Positions 14,834 to 24,751 of a stretch of DNA of 64,000 nt are shown here, piece by piece. The notes beneath the pieces are model-generated. The model ran no database searches. It saw nothing but the letters and a program-made list of their open reading frames with translations, and was not told the origin of the DNA. Source of the stretch: a virus; the IMG/VR virus record IMGVR_UViG_3300044970_002549, positions 27,158-91,157 of that record; one strand, written 5' to 3'. The first letter of the stretch is position 1. Each line of letters opens with the position of its first letter. Made by a program: the position numbers and the translations under genes.

Positions 14834-16993
14834 TTAGCTTTTTTCGCGGGCCTCAACCTGGCGCATGATCTTTCCAGACCACGACTGACCTGGGTTTCCG
14901 CCCCAAAGCGCCCATGCAATTCTTCCGGCTGATGGGTACCCGGTTTCGCCTTGTGACCATCCCTCGCCCTGTTTGTCGACTTCGTGTCGGGCAAGATAGG
15001 CTCGCATCTTGCGCACCCTCGCAATAGTCATCTTGTTTCCCGTAAGCATTCTGGCAGTAACTTGGCCAGGGCCAATCCCTCCGCGGCCAAACTCTTCTCG
15101 CCAATCAAGTCCTCTGCGCGCTTCGGCCTGAACCGACGATGGCACGTTAAGGTTGATTCCGGAATAGTCAGCGGCCTTATGGGCTTGCTTTATGTCTTCC
15201 GGAGAATGAACGTTTCTCACCCCAACAGAGCGGTATGCATCTCTTGCGGCGGCATCATTCTCAACCGCCTCGACAACATTTCCAAGCTCTTTCATAACTT
15301 TTGACATCTTGTACTTCTTGAACTGAAGACCAGCACCGGCAGGGAAGTCACTCATGTACAGCTCGTCGTGAGGAACATCATTTGCATCAAGCCAGTCCCT
15401 TGTTTCTTCAAGGCGCTTGGTGGATCTGGCACTGATGATAACGATGCGGTGGGTCTCAGACTTTCTTTGAAGATAATCGACCACCGACTCGTTTGGCTCA
15501 TCCGAACCGTCGCTGATTGTTAGGGTTCCGTCAATGTCGCTGACAATAATCGGGTCTCCGGCATCCTTGGAGCTCTGTGACTGGGCTGCCTCCTCTGGCG
15601 TGTTGTCTTCAACCATTCCTTCGCCCTGGTCGGGAGAAGGAACTCCTTGCGGCTGGTTTGCGCTAGGTGGATTGCCTCCATCTGGGTCGTCTTCAGGGCC
15701 CTCTACGATGTTCTCCAAATACTCAAGATAAAGACTCATCGGCATGTAGCCTTGCGGTGTTGGAAGCCAGATCTGCTCGCCCATTTCGCCAACCCCGTCT
15801 TGCCCACGCTCTCGAAGCGCGTCGTTCAGTCGGAGCCACGGTAGCCCGGCAAGTGCCTGCTTGTAGTAAGAAGACATTTCTGTCTGCGTCTGCCGGCCCA
15901 TGTCGGTATAGGCAAAGCGAAGGTTTTCGTCATAGCGCCATACGATTTCCCTTGTGATGTACTCGGCAATCAAATCAAGAAGCGGCGCAATGCCGACGTC
16001 CTGCGTGAATGCAGCCCCAACGTCTGCGGTGCTGCGGTTCACATCAAATCCAATACCGATGTCCTGCGGCTGAACGCCGAATACCGCGCAGATCTTTCGG
16101 GCAAGGTAGACCTGCCACTCCATGAACTGCATGTCGCGGTTAGAAGACGCAAGCGGCATCCACTGCATGCCCTTGCCGCCACCGGTAATTGCTATTTGGC
16201 TTCGTCCTGCAATTTCTGCGTCCCAATATGCGCGGAATGAATCTACTTGGTCCGCACGAACGCCCTCGCCAAGATGCAAAACGCCTGGTGGAGCTGCTGC
16301 CATGACTGCTTTTGCATTGTATGCCGCTGCCGCCAAGTCTGCCTCAATCGTTTCGGAGAGAACTTCTAGGGGCGAGAGGCCAAGCGGTGAGTAGGTGACA
16401 GGGTTGGAAATAATTACAATGAGTTCTTTATTAAGGAATCGTGCAACCTCTCTTCCATCGTCATCAAACTCGAAATACCTAGGGGCTTCGGGGTCGCTTC
16501 CGTCCCACCCTGAATCGAATACGATTCTTGCGGCGTCCTTGCTGTGAATGGCTGCAATCGGCTTGTTGCTTGTTCCGATTCTTCCGCCGTTGGTGGTCTC
16601 TACCTCAATCGCACCCTGGTCAAGCACCAGAATGTCCTCGATAACAGGCTCAATTAGGGAGCGCCACGACTCCATCTTTTGATTTGGCTTTCTGAGCAAA
16701 TCCTTGACTAGTGCAACCTTGCGTGCATTTACTGGGCTGTCTGAGTCCATTGCAACAATGTCCCATTTCGCTCGGCTGACCTGAGTCCTCCGCAGGTTGA
16801 TGGCGGCTCTAATCCATGGGTTGTTTCGGGACCACCTGCGAAGCTGCTGGGTGCTTCGCTTCGCATGATGCGTTACGCCAGCCACACCCCTGGCATATGG
16901 CGCGGAGTCGTATTCCGGAACAGTTGTGATTGCATTGGCGACTATATCGCCGCCACCAAAGAGTCGGCTGAGAAATGAGCGGCGCTCTGCCAT
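14834..16993 (-). CDS. portal protein fused to a HAD phosphatase and a C-terminal domain
   Basis: HK97-like portal motifs (GLSPLE, DMQFMEW...ICAVFGV, LNDALRERG); then VSDIDGTL...SAR...K...END; then RIAWALWGG domain. Confidence 0.88.
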   Translation of the reverse strand: MAERRSFLSRLFGGGDIVANAITTVPEYDSAPYARGVAGVTHHAKRSTQQLRRWSRNNPWIRAAINLRRTQVSRAKWDIVAMDSDSPVNARKVALVKDLLRKPNQKMESWRSLIEPVIEDILVLDQGAIEVETTNGGRIGTSNKPIAAIHSKDAARIVFDSGWDGSDPEAPRYFEFDDDGREVARFLNKELIVIISNPVTYSPLGLSPLEVLSETIEADLAAAAYNAKAVMAAAPPGVLHLGEGVRADQVDSFRAYWDAEIAGRSQIAITGGGKGMQWMPLASSNRDMQFMEWQVYLARKICAVFGVQPQDIGIGFDVNRSTADVGAAFTQDVGIAPLLDLIAEYITREIVWRYDENLRFAYTDMGRQTQTEMSSYYKQALAGLPWLRLNDALRERGQDGVGEMGEQIWLPTPQGYMPMSLYLEYLENIVEGPEDDPDGGNPPSANQPQGVPSPDQGEGMVEDNTPEEAAQSQSSKDAGDPIIVSDIDGTLTISDGSDEPNESVVDYLQRKSETHRIVIISARSTKRLEETRDWLDANDVPHDELYMSDFPAGAGLQFKKYKMSKVMKELGNVVEAVENDAAARDAYRSVGVRNVHSPEDIKQAHKAADYSGINLNVPSSVQAEARRGLDWREEFGRGGIGPGQVTARMLTGNKMTIARVRKMRAYLARHEVDKQGEGWSQGETGYPSAGRIAWALWGGNPGQSWSGKIMRQVEAREKS

Positions 16994-16996
16994 GTC

Positions 16997-17218
16997 TTAC
17001 CTTCCTGACTTGCTGCGCTTCACGGCTGACCAGAAGATGTCGTCTGTCATGCGTCGGTTAATAATGTCCTGCATTTGTGCTTTTGTGCAAGAGACGACCC
17101 GTCTACCACCGCGATATCCTACCGTATATTGTATCAGGTACTTACCCCACCATGACGCCACGACGGTAGTTCCGTCCTCAAAGTCAACTTCTATTGTCCC
17201 ATCAACACCGGGAATCAC
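16997..17218 (-). CDS. hypothetical protein
   Basis: 73-aa ORF, GTGA-coupled to the upstream gene. Confidence 0.6.
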   Translation of the reverse strand: MIPGVDGTIEVDFEDGTTVVASWWGKYLIQYTVGYRGGRRVVSCTKAQMQDIINRRMTDDIFWSAVKRSKSGR

Positions 17219-17640
17219 TCCAGAATGTCCTCTTCAATTCCCTCTATGGCGTCTTGATCCTTAAACATCTGCTCTATGTCAAGCTGATGCTTGCGCTGTT
17301 GGGGGACAGATCTTCGTGCCTTGTGGAGATCTTGATAGCACCACTTACAAACATTATATCTTTTCTGGCCCTTTGCACGCGGAACCATTGGCTCCGGGGT
17401 AAGCTCGGTAATAAGATGCTGGTCTTCTGGTCCGGCCATAATTCCGCACGATGCGCACTGTGGGTGAGAGCGCTTCAGTTTCTGATATGACTCTAGGACC
17501 GGGGTGATTGTTTTGTGCAGGCGTATAAGGGCAGACGCAAGCTCCCGCACCTCCTTGCCGCGTTCACGGATTTCTGAGCAAAGAGTACATTTAAGCGCGT
17601 CGTCGTCAAGTCCATGGTGCTGGTGTCCTAAATCGCTCAT
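17215..17640 (-). CDS. zinc-finger/coiled-coil protein, probably leaderless
   Basis: CTLC, CASC and CKWC motifs; TACCAT lies 6 nt before ATG 17640. Confidence 0.65.
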   Translation of the reverse strand: MSDLGHQHHGLDDDALKCTLCSEIRERGKEVRELASALIRLHKTITPVLESYQKLKRSHPQCASCGIMAGPEDQHLITELTPEPMVPRAKGQKRYNVCKWCYQDLHKARRSVPQQRKHQLDIEQMFKDQDAIEGIEEDILE

Positions 17641-17857
17641 ACTTACATGGTAGCAGTAAACACCAAACACAAGATAAAAGATTTATTGTAGAATGTCCAC
17701 ATATTGTCCGCGTGATGCTTTGTTTGGTAAAGAATCCTAAACATTCATCATTGTATTCGATGTGTCTCTATGTCCATCTTGTGATATTAGAGATTATTAT
17801 TGTATTGACGCGGCCGTCATCGGACATCAATATGTCCGGGTACCTAGGGAGGTCATT

Positions 17858-19594
17858 GTGGATTTTAAAGTCTTTACAAACGCCCTTAAGGCGTATGAGG
17901 GGCCAAATGGCGACCTCTTTGTTACCGGCACAACCTCATCGACAATCAGGGATCTGCACGGCGATGAGATGACTCTAAATGCCATTCGCACGATGGCCGA
18001 TACCGCAAAGCAGAATATGACGATCTTCTTGAACCATAACTATATGGTTCCCGAAGATCTTTTCGGCTCGGTTACTGATGCACGAGTTGTAAAGCGCTGG
18101 GACAGCGAAGCCGGTTTCGAGGTGTACGACCTTGACATTGACGTACTTGTCTGCAAGGAAGACGAAAACCCAGAGGCCATGCGGGCATACAAGGCCATTA
18201 AGCGCGGGGTAAAGCTTGGGCTTTCTATTGGCGCGCGTGTGGATAGGGTCTCAAAGAAGAAAGACGCAAGCACTGGTGAGGACACGTATGTAATCGACTC
18301 CGTAAAGCTTATGGAGGCCTCAGTAGTCGGAATTCCGGCTAACCAGCGCTCATACCTACAGAATGCCGTCAAGAGCCTCAAGGCCGCCGAGAAGTCGGGG
18401 GATTTTGAGATCTCTGAGAAAGCTGCCCCTGATTCGGTGCGTGAAGGCGACTTTGTTTCATGGGGCTCAAGCGGCGGGACTGCTCGTGGTCGCGTTGAAC
18501 ATGTTATGCGCGAGGGCACTCTGGGAGTTCCTGATTCTGACTTCAAAATTGAAGCCACACCGGAAGATCCAGCTGCTCTTATCCGAATCTGGAGGCCAGA
18601 AGGAGACAGCTGGCAGGAGACCGACAAGCTTGTCGGGCACAAGGTTTCTACGTTGAACAAAATTGAATCTTTGAAGTCTATCGTTGAATCCGTCTTGGCA
18701 GGTGACCAGGAACTGGAAACACAGCGGTCATCGCAGCCTTTTGCTTCTTTGGCCCAGGAAAGGTCTGAGTCGGAGTCGACTGAGACGTCAAAGGCCCAAG
18801 AAGCGGGCGATACTGAAGGAGAAAATATCGTGGGAGACACTGAGAAGGCTACCCGGGTGACCGTCACTGTCACGCAAAGCGACGACAAGGAGACGAAGAA
18901 GCCGGAAGTTAATGAAAACACCCAGGATGAAGCTGTTGCAGCCGAGTCCGATGTCGCCAAGTCTGAGCAGGAAGCCCCTGCCGAGGAGACGCCAGCAGTC
19001 GATGCCACCCCAGAGGTGGAGCCGGTTGCCCCAGAGGCTGAACCTGCGGTAGAGGCACCTGTCGAGACTCCCGTTGAGGAGTCGGCTGCGCCAGTCGCGG
19101 AAGAGGTCAATGCAGCGCACGAGGCCCTTCAGGCCCTTGGCGCCGTACTTGTCCACGCAAGCGCCGACGAGCGCGCGCAGATCTTGTCAAAGGTTGCAGC
19201 GTTCGCAGATGGCGAACCAGCAGCTGAAACCGAGGCCGAAGTAGCCGAGGTTGTTGTCACCGAGGGTGAAGCAGATGCCGTTGAGGCGCCTGAGGTCACT
19301 CTGGAAATTGTTGAGGCCAAGGGCCTTGACGAAGTAACTGCCATCGCCAAGTCTGCGCTGGATGCAGCCTTTGCGGCACAGCAGGAGGTCAGCGCGATCA
19401 AGTCGCAGCTCACCGAACTGGTTGCCCAGAAGGCCAAGGTCGAGTCTGATCTTGCGAAGGCGCTTGATGTCGTCGGTCGATTGATGGATCTTCCATCGGG
19501 TCGAAAGGCATATTCGAGTGCATCCGTAAATTCTGGGACGAAGGCCCCATGGCTTTCGCCCGTAATCCAGCGCATGCTGGACAGCCAGGAGTAA
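17858..19594 (+). CDS. prohead protease with Tudor-like insert and scaffold region
   Basis: GTG 17858 behind GGGAGG; RDLHGDE, NH, GLSIG, EASVVGIPAN; VREGDFVSWGSSGG...VGHK; acidic and coiled-coil C-terminus. Confidence 0.88.
   Translation: MDFKVFTNALKAYEGPNGDLFVTGTTSSTIRDLHGDEMTLNAIRTMADTAKQNMTIFLNHNYMVPEDLFGSVTDARVVKRWDSEAGFEVYDLDIDVLVCKEDENPEAMRAYKAIKRGVKLGLSIGARVDRVSKKKDASTGEDTYVIDSVKLMEASVVGIPANQRSYLQNAVKSLKAAEKSGDFEISEKAAPDSVREGDFVSWGSSGGTARGRVEHVMREGTLGVPDSDFKIEATPEDPAALIRIWRPEGDSWQETDKLVGHKVSTLNKIESLKSIVESVLAGDQELETQRSSQPFASLAQERSESESTETSKAQEAGDTEGENIVGDTEKATRVTVTVTQSDDKETKKPEVNENTQDEAVAAESDVAKSEQEAPAEETPAVDATPEVEPVAPEAEPAVEAPVETPVEESAAPVAEEVNAAHEALQALGAVLVHASADERAQILSKVAAFADGEPAAETEAEVAEVVVTEGEADAVEAPEVTLEIVEAKGLDEVTAIAKSALDAAFAAQQEVSAIKSQLTELVAQKAKVESDLAKALDVVGRLMDLPSGRKAYSSASVNSGTKAPWLSPVIQRMLDSQE
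18830..19594 (+). CDS. putative nested scaffolding protein (in-frame internal start)
   Basis: AAGGAG at 18816-18821, 8 nt before an in-frame GTG at the start of the acidic region. Confidence 0.55.
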   Translation: MGDTEKATRVTVTVTQSDDKETKKPEVNENTQDEAVAAESDVAKSEQEAPAEETPAVDATPEVEPVAPEAEPAVEAPVETPVEESAAPVAEEVNAAHEALQALGAVLVHASADERAQILSKVAAFADGEPAAETEAEVAEVVVTEGEADAVEAPEVTLEIVEAKGLDEVTAIAKSALDAAFAAQQEVSAIKSQLTELVAQKAKVESDLAKALDVVGRLMDLPSGRKAYSSASVNSGTKAPWLSPVIQRMLDSQE

Positions 19595-19598
19595 AAAA

Positions 19599-20831
19599 AT
19601 GAGCGAACTTAACGAAAAGTTGCAGGAAGTGCAGAAGGGTCTGGATGACCTCGGCACTGCCCCGCACCTTGTTGGCCGTGTTGCCGACGAGAACCTCGAT
19701 GTTGCCGAGGCCTATGCGACCCAGCGCGAACTTCGCAAGAAGTTCTCAAAGATGAGCCGCACTGAGCTTGGCGAGATCCTTGACATCCAGGCAGCCCGCG
19801 AAGGCGGGAAGCAGGCTTCTTCGGACGTTCTTAACCGCCTTGCGGTTGCGAACCCGAACATTGCCAAGCTTCTTGACTCGACGGGTGGCACGGCTCTTAT
19901 CCGTCAGGACCTTGAGCCAATTCTTTACGCTTTGTTCGTGAAGAAGTTCCCATTCTTTGAGCGCCTCCGCAAGGAGCCTGCAAACGGCCTCGTGCATGCG
20001 TTCAATCAGCAGACCGCCTATGGCGATGCGGTGTTCCAGACTGAGACCGGAACGGTCACGGACGACACGAACACCTATAGCCGAGCAACGACCAACGTGG
20101 CCGTTCTCGCAACCCGCCGTGGCATTACGCTCAAGAGCCAGTTTGCGATCACGCAGGGCGGCGCTCCAGGGCAGCAGGGTCTTTCGACCGAGCTTGAGGG
20201 TGGCGTTGTTGCCATTGCCGCAAAGCTCCAGAAGACGCTCTTCCAGGGTAACGCTGACACTACGACGAACGCAGGTACGGCAACTGAGCTTGGCGCTTAC
20301 GACGCTAACGGTTTCACCGGTCTCCGCAAGCTCCTCGGAGCAGGGACTGGAACGGCCCAGATCGTCAACAAGGGCACGGCTGCCTATCTCGCAACGATCA
20401 ACAACAATGTTGCCAGCATTTTGAATGCCGGTGGCAACCCGTCAGCGATCCTTTGCTCGCCAACGGACTATGCTGGCCTGGTGAATGAGCTGACGAACCT
20501 CGTCCGCTATAACGCACCTGCCCAGACGGCCCAGAACGCCGGCGCGACCTTCGGGTCAGTCGTCACGGCTGCTGGTGAGCTCCCGATCCTTGCCGTCCCT
20601 GGTGACAGCATTGGGTCGTACACCCTTAGCTCGGTGGACTACCGCGATATGTACGTGGTAGACGAGTCAGTTTGGTCGATGCCTTACCTCGGTTCGGACT
20701 CGATCACTACGCTCGAAATTCCGGTTGGAACGAACGGTTCCCTTTCACGCCTTTACATCATGTACTGCATGTATGGTCTGGCGAGCAAGGCCAACAAGTT
20801 CAACGGGAAGATCCGCGTCACGGTCGCGTAA
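19599..20831 (+). CDS. major capsid protein
   Basis: 410 aa directly after the protease; ALIRQDLE, F.GD-like and GFTGL motifs; followed by a terminator. Confidence 0.9.
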   Translation: MSELNEKLQEVQKGLDDLGTAPHLVGRVADENLDVAEAYATQRELRKKFSKMSRTELGEILDIQAAREGGKQASSDVLNRLAVANPNIAKLLDSTGGTALIRQDLEPILYALFVKKFPFFERLRKEPANGLVHAFNQQTAYGDAVFQTETGTVTDDTNTYSRATTNVAVLATRRGITLKSQFAITQGGAPGQQGLSTELEGGVVAIAAKLQKTLFQGNADTTTNAGTATELGAYDANGFTGLRKLLGAGTGTAQIVNKGTAAYLATINNNVASILNAGGNPSAILCSPTDYAGLVNELTNLVRYNAPAQTAQNAGATFGSVVTAAGELPILAVPGDSIGSYTLSSVDYRDMYVVDESVWSMPYLGSDSITTLEIPVGTNGSLSRLYIMYCMYGLASKANKFNGKIRVTVA

Positions 20832-20853
20832 GCGATTCGTTCGTAGGTTTTGT

Positions 20854-20891
20854 GAAGGGGGGCGGGGGAAACCTCGCTCCCCTTTGCTTTT
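20854..20891 (+). terminator. terminator after the capsid gene
   Basis: GAAGGGGGGCGGGG-GAAA-CCTCGCTCCCCTTT followed by GCTTTT. Confidence 0.75.
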
Positions 20892-20900
20892 GGTGAATAT

Positions 20901-21131
20901 ATGGCCAAGCGAAGAAAAAACAGGAAAATACCACACCACGAAGTAATGGCAAAGAAAGCAATTGCCTATGCTATTGCGCAAAACCCTGAATATTTGGTAG
21001 AAATTCACTGGGAATACGGCAAGGCAATCATGCTTTCCGACGGAGCATCCATTCAATTTGAGGATGGGAGAGCCAGAATTCCACTCCGCCTCCTTTCGGA
21101 GGTTGAGCAGTACGGGTGCAAGCGCATCTAG
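20901..21131 (+). CDS. hypothetical protein
   Basis: 76-aa ORF in the head operon. Confidence 0.6.
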   Translation: MAKRRKNRKIPHHEVMAKKAIAYAIAQNPEYLVEIHWEYGKAIMLSDGASIQFEDGRARIPLRLLSEVEQYGCKRI

Positions 21132-21145
21132 CAAGGAGAATCATT

Positions 21146-21469
21146 ATGTCAGATTTCAAGGATCTCTTTAACGGGCTGGACGAAGAGCAAGAGTCCGTAG
21201 AGGTTGCTGCTCCTGTTGTTGAGGCAGCGCCAACCCCTGTCGCAGCGCCAGCACCAGCTCCTGCCCCAGTGGCACCAGCAGTACCGGTTGTTGCGGCAAG
21301 CGCAGACGAGTGGGAAGTAGCCCCGGGAGTCTGGCAGATCGTAACGCCAGTAACCGGAGCATTCACCCTCCCAGACGGCACCTGGGTTCGACCAACCGAA
21401 GCTAACGGCGTTTCGCGCGCAGCAGTGCCGGCAAAGTGGGTCGAATACGTCCGTGCCCTTAAGGGATAA
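21146..21469 (+). CDS. Ala/Pro-rich hypothetical protein
   Basis: Start moved to ATG 21146 behind AAGGAG; APAPAP linker. Confidence 0.65.
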   Translation: MSDFKDLFNGLDEEQESVEVAAPVVEAAPTPVAAPAPAPAPVAPAVPVVAASADEWEVAPGVWQIVTPVTGAFTLPDGTWVRPTEANGVSRAAVPAKWVEYVRALKG

Positions 21470-21523
21470 TTCGTAGGCAGTCCGATCCTGGACCGCTGAG
21501 CAGAGAAAGGGGATAATCAGCAC

Positions 21524-22447
21524 ATGGCAACTCTTTTGAAGCTCAGCGTTCCGGGTATCGTGACTGATATCGCAACCTATAACCGCCTTGAGATTGGGCG
21601 TGCTACAAGCGAATCAGACGCAACAACGCGCACCGGAACATGGTCCATTATCGGCTATCAGTCACTTGTTAGCAATGTTTCTACTTATGAGTACACAGAC
21701 CCTGACGGCACGTCCGTAAATTGGTACTCACATCGCCTCAATCATTCCGGGACAAACGCAAGCGGTTCCTGGGGAGCTCCAATCACCGGTAGGGTCTATG
21801 GATATCTGAGCGTCGGTGAATTTAAGGAATATGAGATTGGCGATCTATTTAATCCTGACGGCACGGAAGTTTCTGATGCAAAGATCCGTCAGCTAGTTAA
21901 AATTGCCAGCTCAATGATTGACTCATTTGTTGGCTATTCATTTGATCACCGTCGATCCACCGAAAAGCATCGATGGAGCCAGCAAACTCGTCGAATCTAT
22001 CCAATTCATAAGGGGATCGTATCTGTTGAGGCAGTAAGAATTTATGTAAGCGCACAGCAGTCCGCCGCATTCACTGTCAATGATATATTTATTAATGACG
22101 ACAGGGGCTACGTTGAGATCACCTCACTTGCCAATGTCACGTATTCTCTTTTCCCTGCAATTGTCGCCCTCGGCATGATTGAGCCGGTTGCAGAGATTAC
22201 ATACACCCACGGGAACACTGTAACGCCACAGGACATAAAGGACGCAACTGCATTGATCGTTGTTGACCTTCTCGCCAAGGACTCTCTGGCAAAGCAGGGT
22301 CTCCAGGGCGTATCCCGTCTTCGTGTGGGAGAAATGGAAATCTATGCTGATCCAGCATCGGTTGGGCCAGCTCGTGTTCCACTTGCCGCCATTCCTCAGG
22401 CCGCAATCCTGCTCCTAGATCCATACGTAAGGACCGCAATCCGATGA
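21524..22447 (+). CDS. head-tail adaptor (gp6-like) with N-terminal extension
   Basis: YLSVGEFK...ASSMIDSFVG...ITYTHG...PQDIKDAT...LLDPY. Confidence 0.75.
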   Translation: MATLLKLSVPGIVTDIATYNRLEIGRATSESDATTRTGTWSIIGYQSLVSNVSTYEYTDPDGTSVNWYSHRLNHSGTNASGSWGAPITGRVYGYLSVGEFKEYEIGDLFNPDGTEVSDAKIRQLVKIASSMIDSFVGYSFDHRRSTEKHRWSQQTRRIYPIHKGIVSVEAVRIYVSAQQSAAFTVNDIFINDDRGYVEITSLANVTYSLFPAIVALGMIEPVAEITYTHGNTVTPQDIKDATALIVVDLLAKDSLAKQGLQGVSRLRVGEMEIYADPASVGPARVPLAAIPQAAILLLDPYVRTAIR

Positions 22448-22767
22448 TCCCCGGTCTATTTACCATCGTATCACTCACACGACCAGGACTCACCGGACAA
22501 GATGCAATTGGAAGTCCAGTGATCACTAATGCCAGCGTGTGGACAAAGCGTGGGCACTATCAGCAGAGCTACCATCAGGAGGGCATCGGGCCGACTGGCC
22601 GAGCGACCAAGGACGTATACAAGTTTTGGCTTCCATTTGCCACTGGTGATTACCGGCCACAGGTTGGAGACCTTCTTACTGCCGACGGAAGGACATATAC
22701 CGTCGTGGAGGCGGCCCAGGAGAGCCTGCGTCACCACCTTCTTGTGGTAGCCAGGATCACAGAATAG
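22444..22767 (+). CDS. head closure (stopper) protein
   Basis: Position and size; GDLLTADGRTYTV...HHL motif. Confidence 0.65.
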   Translation: MIPGLFTIVSLTRPGLTGQDAIGSPVITNASVWTKRGHYQQSYHQEGIGPTGRATKDVYKFWLPFATGDYRPQVGDLLTADGRTYTVVEAAQESLRHHLLVVARITE

Positions 22768-22769
22768 CC

Positions 22770-23465
22770 GTGGCAAAGAATGAAGTAACTTTCAATATTA
22801 AGGCCGCAGAGAACAACTTGCGTTCTGTCCGGAAGACCCTGCAGGAGTCAGTTGATCACCTGAACCCAACCTTCCAGGCAGTAGCCGTACAAATCGTCCA
22901 GAATGCCGTCTACGGCGGCCCAGGAAGCCTTGCTGGGATGGCATCCGATCTGGCCCCAGTTGACACTGGAGCGCTTCGTGCTGGGCTTGCATCACCCAAT
23001 TCCAACGAAGAATTTGACAAGGGCCGACAGTCGCAGAGCGTATTCTCCGTATCGCCAGTCGGCAAGGGTGGCGTGCAGTATGTCGGCGTCACCTACGGCA
23101 CCGACCCAACAAGAGACGACGGTGAGGGCTATGCGCAATACGTGCAGACTGATTACCTGTCTGCACCTGCCGCAAAATTCCGAAGTACCATGGGGGCTAT
23201 TGGTACGGAAATATCTCGAGCCATTGCCTCGGTTATCGCAGCAAACATTCGAGTTGCAGCGTCAACCTCTGGGGCCTACGTAACAGCAAAAACCCGCTTG
23301 AGTCCAACAAGTGTGCTCCGACTTATTAGGAAGTTCGGTTCTGCACCTATTGAGACTACAAGCGGGAGAGGCTATGGGTACCGCAAGCTCGCTGCTATGC
23401 CGCGGTCCCAGTACCTCAAGATTATGCGTCAACGACGCTATCTTGCCAGAAAGAGATCTAGCTAA
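22770..23465 (+). CDS. HK97 gp10-like neck/tail-completion protein
   Basis: APVDTGALR and YAQYV motifs. Confidence 0.65.
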   Translation: MAKNEVTFNIKAAENNLRSVRKTLQESVDHLNPTFQAVAVQIVQNAVYGGPGSLAGMASDLAPVDTGALRAGLASPNSNEEFDKGRQSQSVFSVSPVGKGGVQYVGVTYGTDPTRDDGEGYAQYVQTDYLSAPAAKFRSTMGAIGTEISRAIASVIAANIRVAASTSGAYVTAKTRLSPTSVLRLIRKFGSAPIETTSGRGYGYRKLAAMPRSQYLKIMRQRRYLARKRSS

Positions 23466-24726
23466 GTCGAATCAGATACTCAGCAGTTACCCCTTCTGTG
23501 TGCTGGAACAACAGCCATTGGCATGGCTCGCCTGCTGATGCAAGCTGCTCCTGAGCGTAGGTGTTCGAGCTTTCGGTCGATCCTCCACTCCAGTGGGTGA
23601 TTCCATTAAGATACATACGGGTTGGCGTATGGAAGTGCCCGGCCGCGCTGTAGTCAAACCGCGCAACAGTCATATTCCAGCCCTGAAGCTTCTTGCCAAA
23701 CCCATACCAAGGGAAGCCAGCAAAACCGCCGCCAACCTGGTCCCCATGGAATAGGAACCAAGTCTTTCCCTTAACCTCGTCGGCTGCAAACCATGCTCGC
23801 TCGCCCTCTGCCAGGGTTTCCACCCATTCGACATTTGTCTGCTCTTTAAGGAGCATTGAGGCGATTCGATACATCATTGCGTCCGCATTGCTTTCTGGGT
23901 GGAATGTTCCTTTTCGGCCAAGTCGACCGTGGTTTCCAATAACACCAACAACCTTGATCTTCTCAAACTCGCCGGAAAGCTTCCTGACTAAATTTGCAAG
24001 AATCTCACCGCCGTGGAAAATCTGGTTATACAGCGACGCATCAACAAGATGAGCCTGGCCTGGGAAGATGTCCTCACCCTCAATAAGGTCGCCAAGAAGA
24101 TAAATTCTTAGCTCTCTTACTGGATGCGCCTTGCGCTGAATGTCGACAAGCTTTTGCACCTTATCGGACAGCTGCCTGATTCGATCCGCGCAGACCTCGG
24201 AGCTATAGGTTGGAGTGATCTTACCGAGCTGCCAGTCAGAAAGCAGCAAGATTGCAGTTTCGTCATCGGCTTTTCGGTTGTCGTGCTTTGGTGGCTTCAC
24301 GGGCTCAATGTGGATCGCCGCAGCCGCCTCTCTGGCCGCTTGATACACGGCCTCGATTAGTTCCTGCTGCTCACGATCCTTGTCGTCGAGCTTTCGCAAA
24401 GCTTTTCGATGTGCTGCCTTTAGGCGCTCAATTTCAGATGTGGCCTCGTAGGCGGCGTTCTCGCGCTCCGCGATTGCGCTAACGATATCTGGGGTCATCC
24501 CCGAGCTGATCTTGTCTCGCAAGGACCCAGGAACTGTGAAGGGCTTCTTTCCATTGTTGATGCGCTTATCAACAAATGATGTTTTCCCTCGAAGCAAGTT
24601 GTTTCTCATGATTCGCCATGAGTCTTTGCTTCGGTCTGGGTATGATGCGTAAAACGCTTCATACTCCATATTGACTGCATCCTGTTTTTCCTGCGCGGTC
24701 CATGACCGCACGGAGAACTGTGGCAT
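23458..24726 (-). CDS. calcineurin-like metallophosphoesterase with N-terminal coiled coil
   Basis: LSDWQLG, LGDLIEG, GNHGR, FHGD and GHFH motifs. Confidence 0.85.
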   Translation of the reverse strand: MPQFSVRSWTAQEKQDAVNMEYEAFYASYPDRSKDSWRIMRNNLLRGKTSFVDKRINNGKKPFTVPGSLRDKISSGMTPDIVSAIAERENAAYEATSEIERLKAAHRKALRKLDDKDREQQELIEAVYQAAREAAAAIHIEPVKPPKHDNRKADDETAILLLSDWQLGKITPTYSSEVCADRIRQLSDKVQKLVDIQRKAHPVRELRIYLLGDLIEGEDIFPGQAHLVDASLYNQIFHGGEILANLVRKLSGEFEKIKVVGVIGNHGRLGRKGTFHPESNADAMMYRIASMLLKEQTNVEWVETLAEGERAWFAADEVKGKTWFLFHGDQVGGGFAGFPWYGFGKKLQGWNMTVARFDYSAAGHFHTPTRMYLNGITHWSGGSTESSNTYAQEQLASAGEPCQWLLFQHTEGVTAEYLIRLS

Positions 24727-24751
24727 GAAAAACTCCTTTGCCGGGGAAGGG

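Noticed and set aside
18040-19657. Long antisense ORFs (356, 148 and 156 aa) opposite the protease/scaffold
   Set aside because: Low-complexity Ser/Thr/Ala mirror translations of the acidic sense protein, with no motifs.
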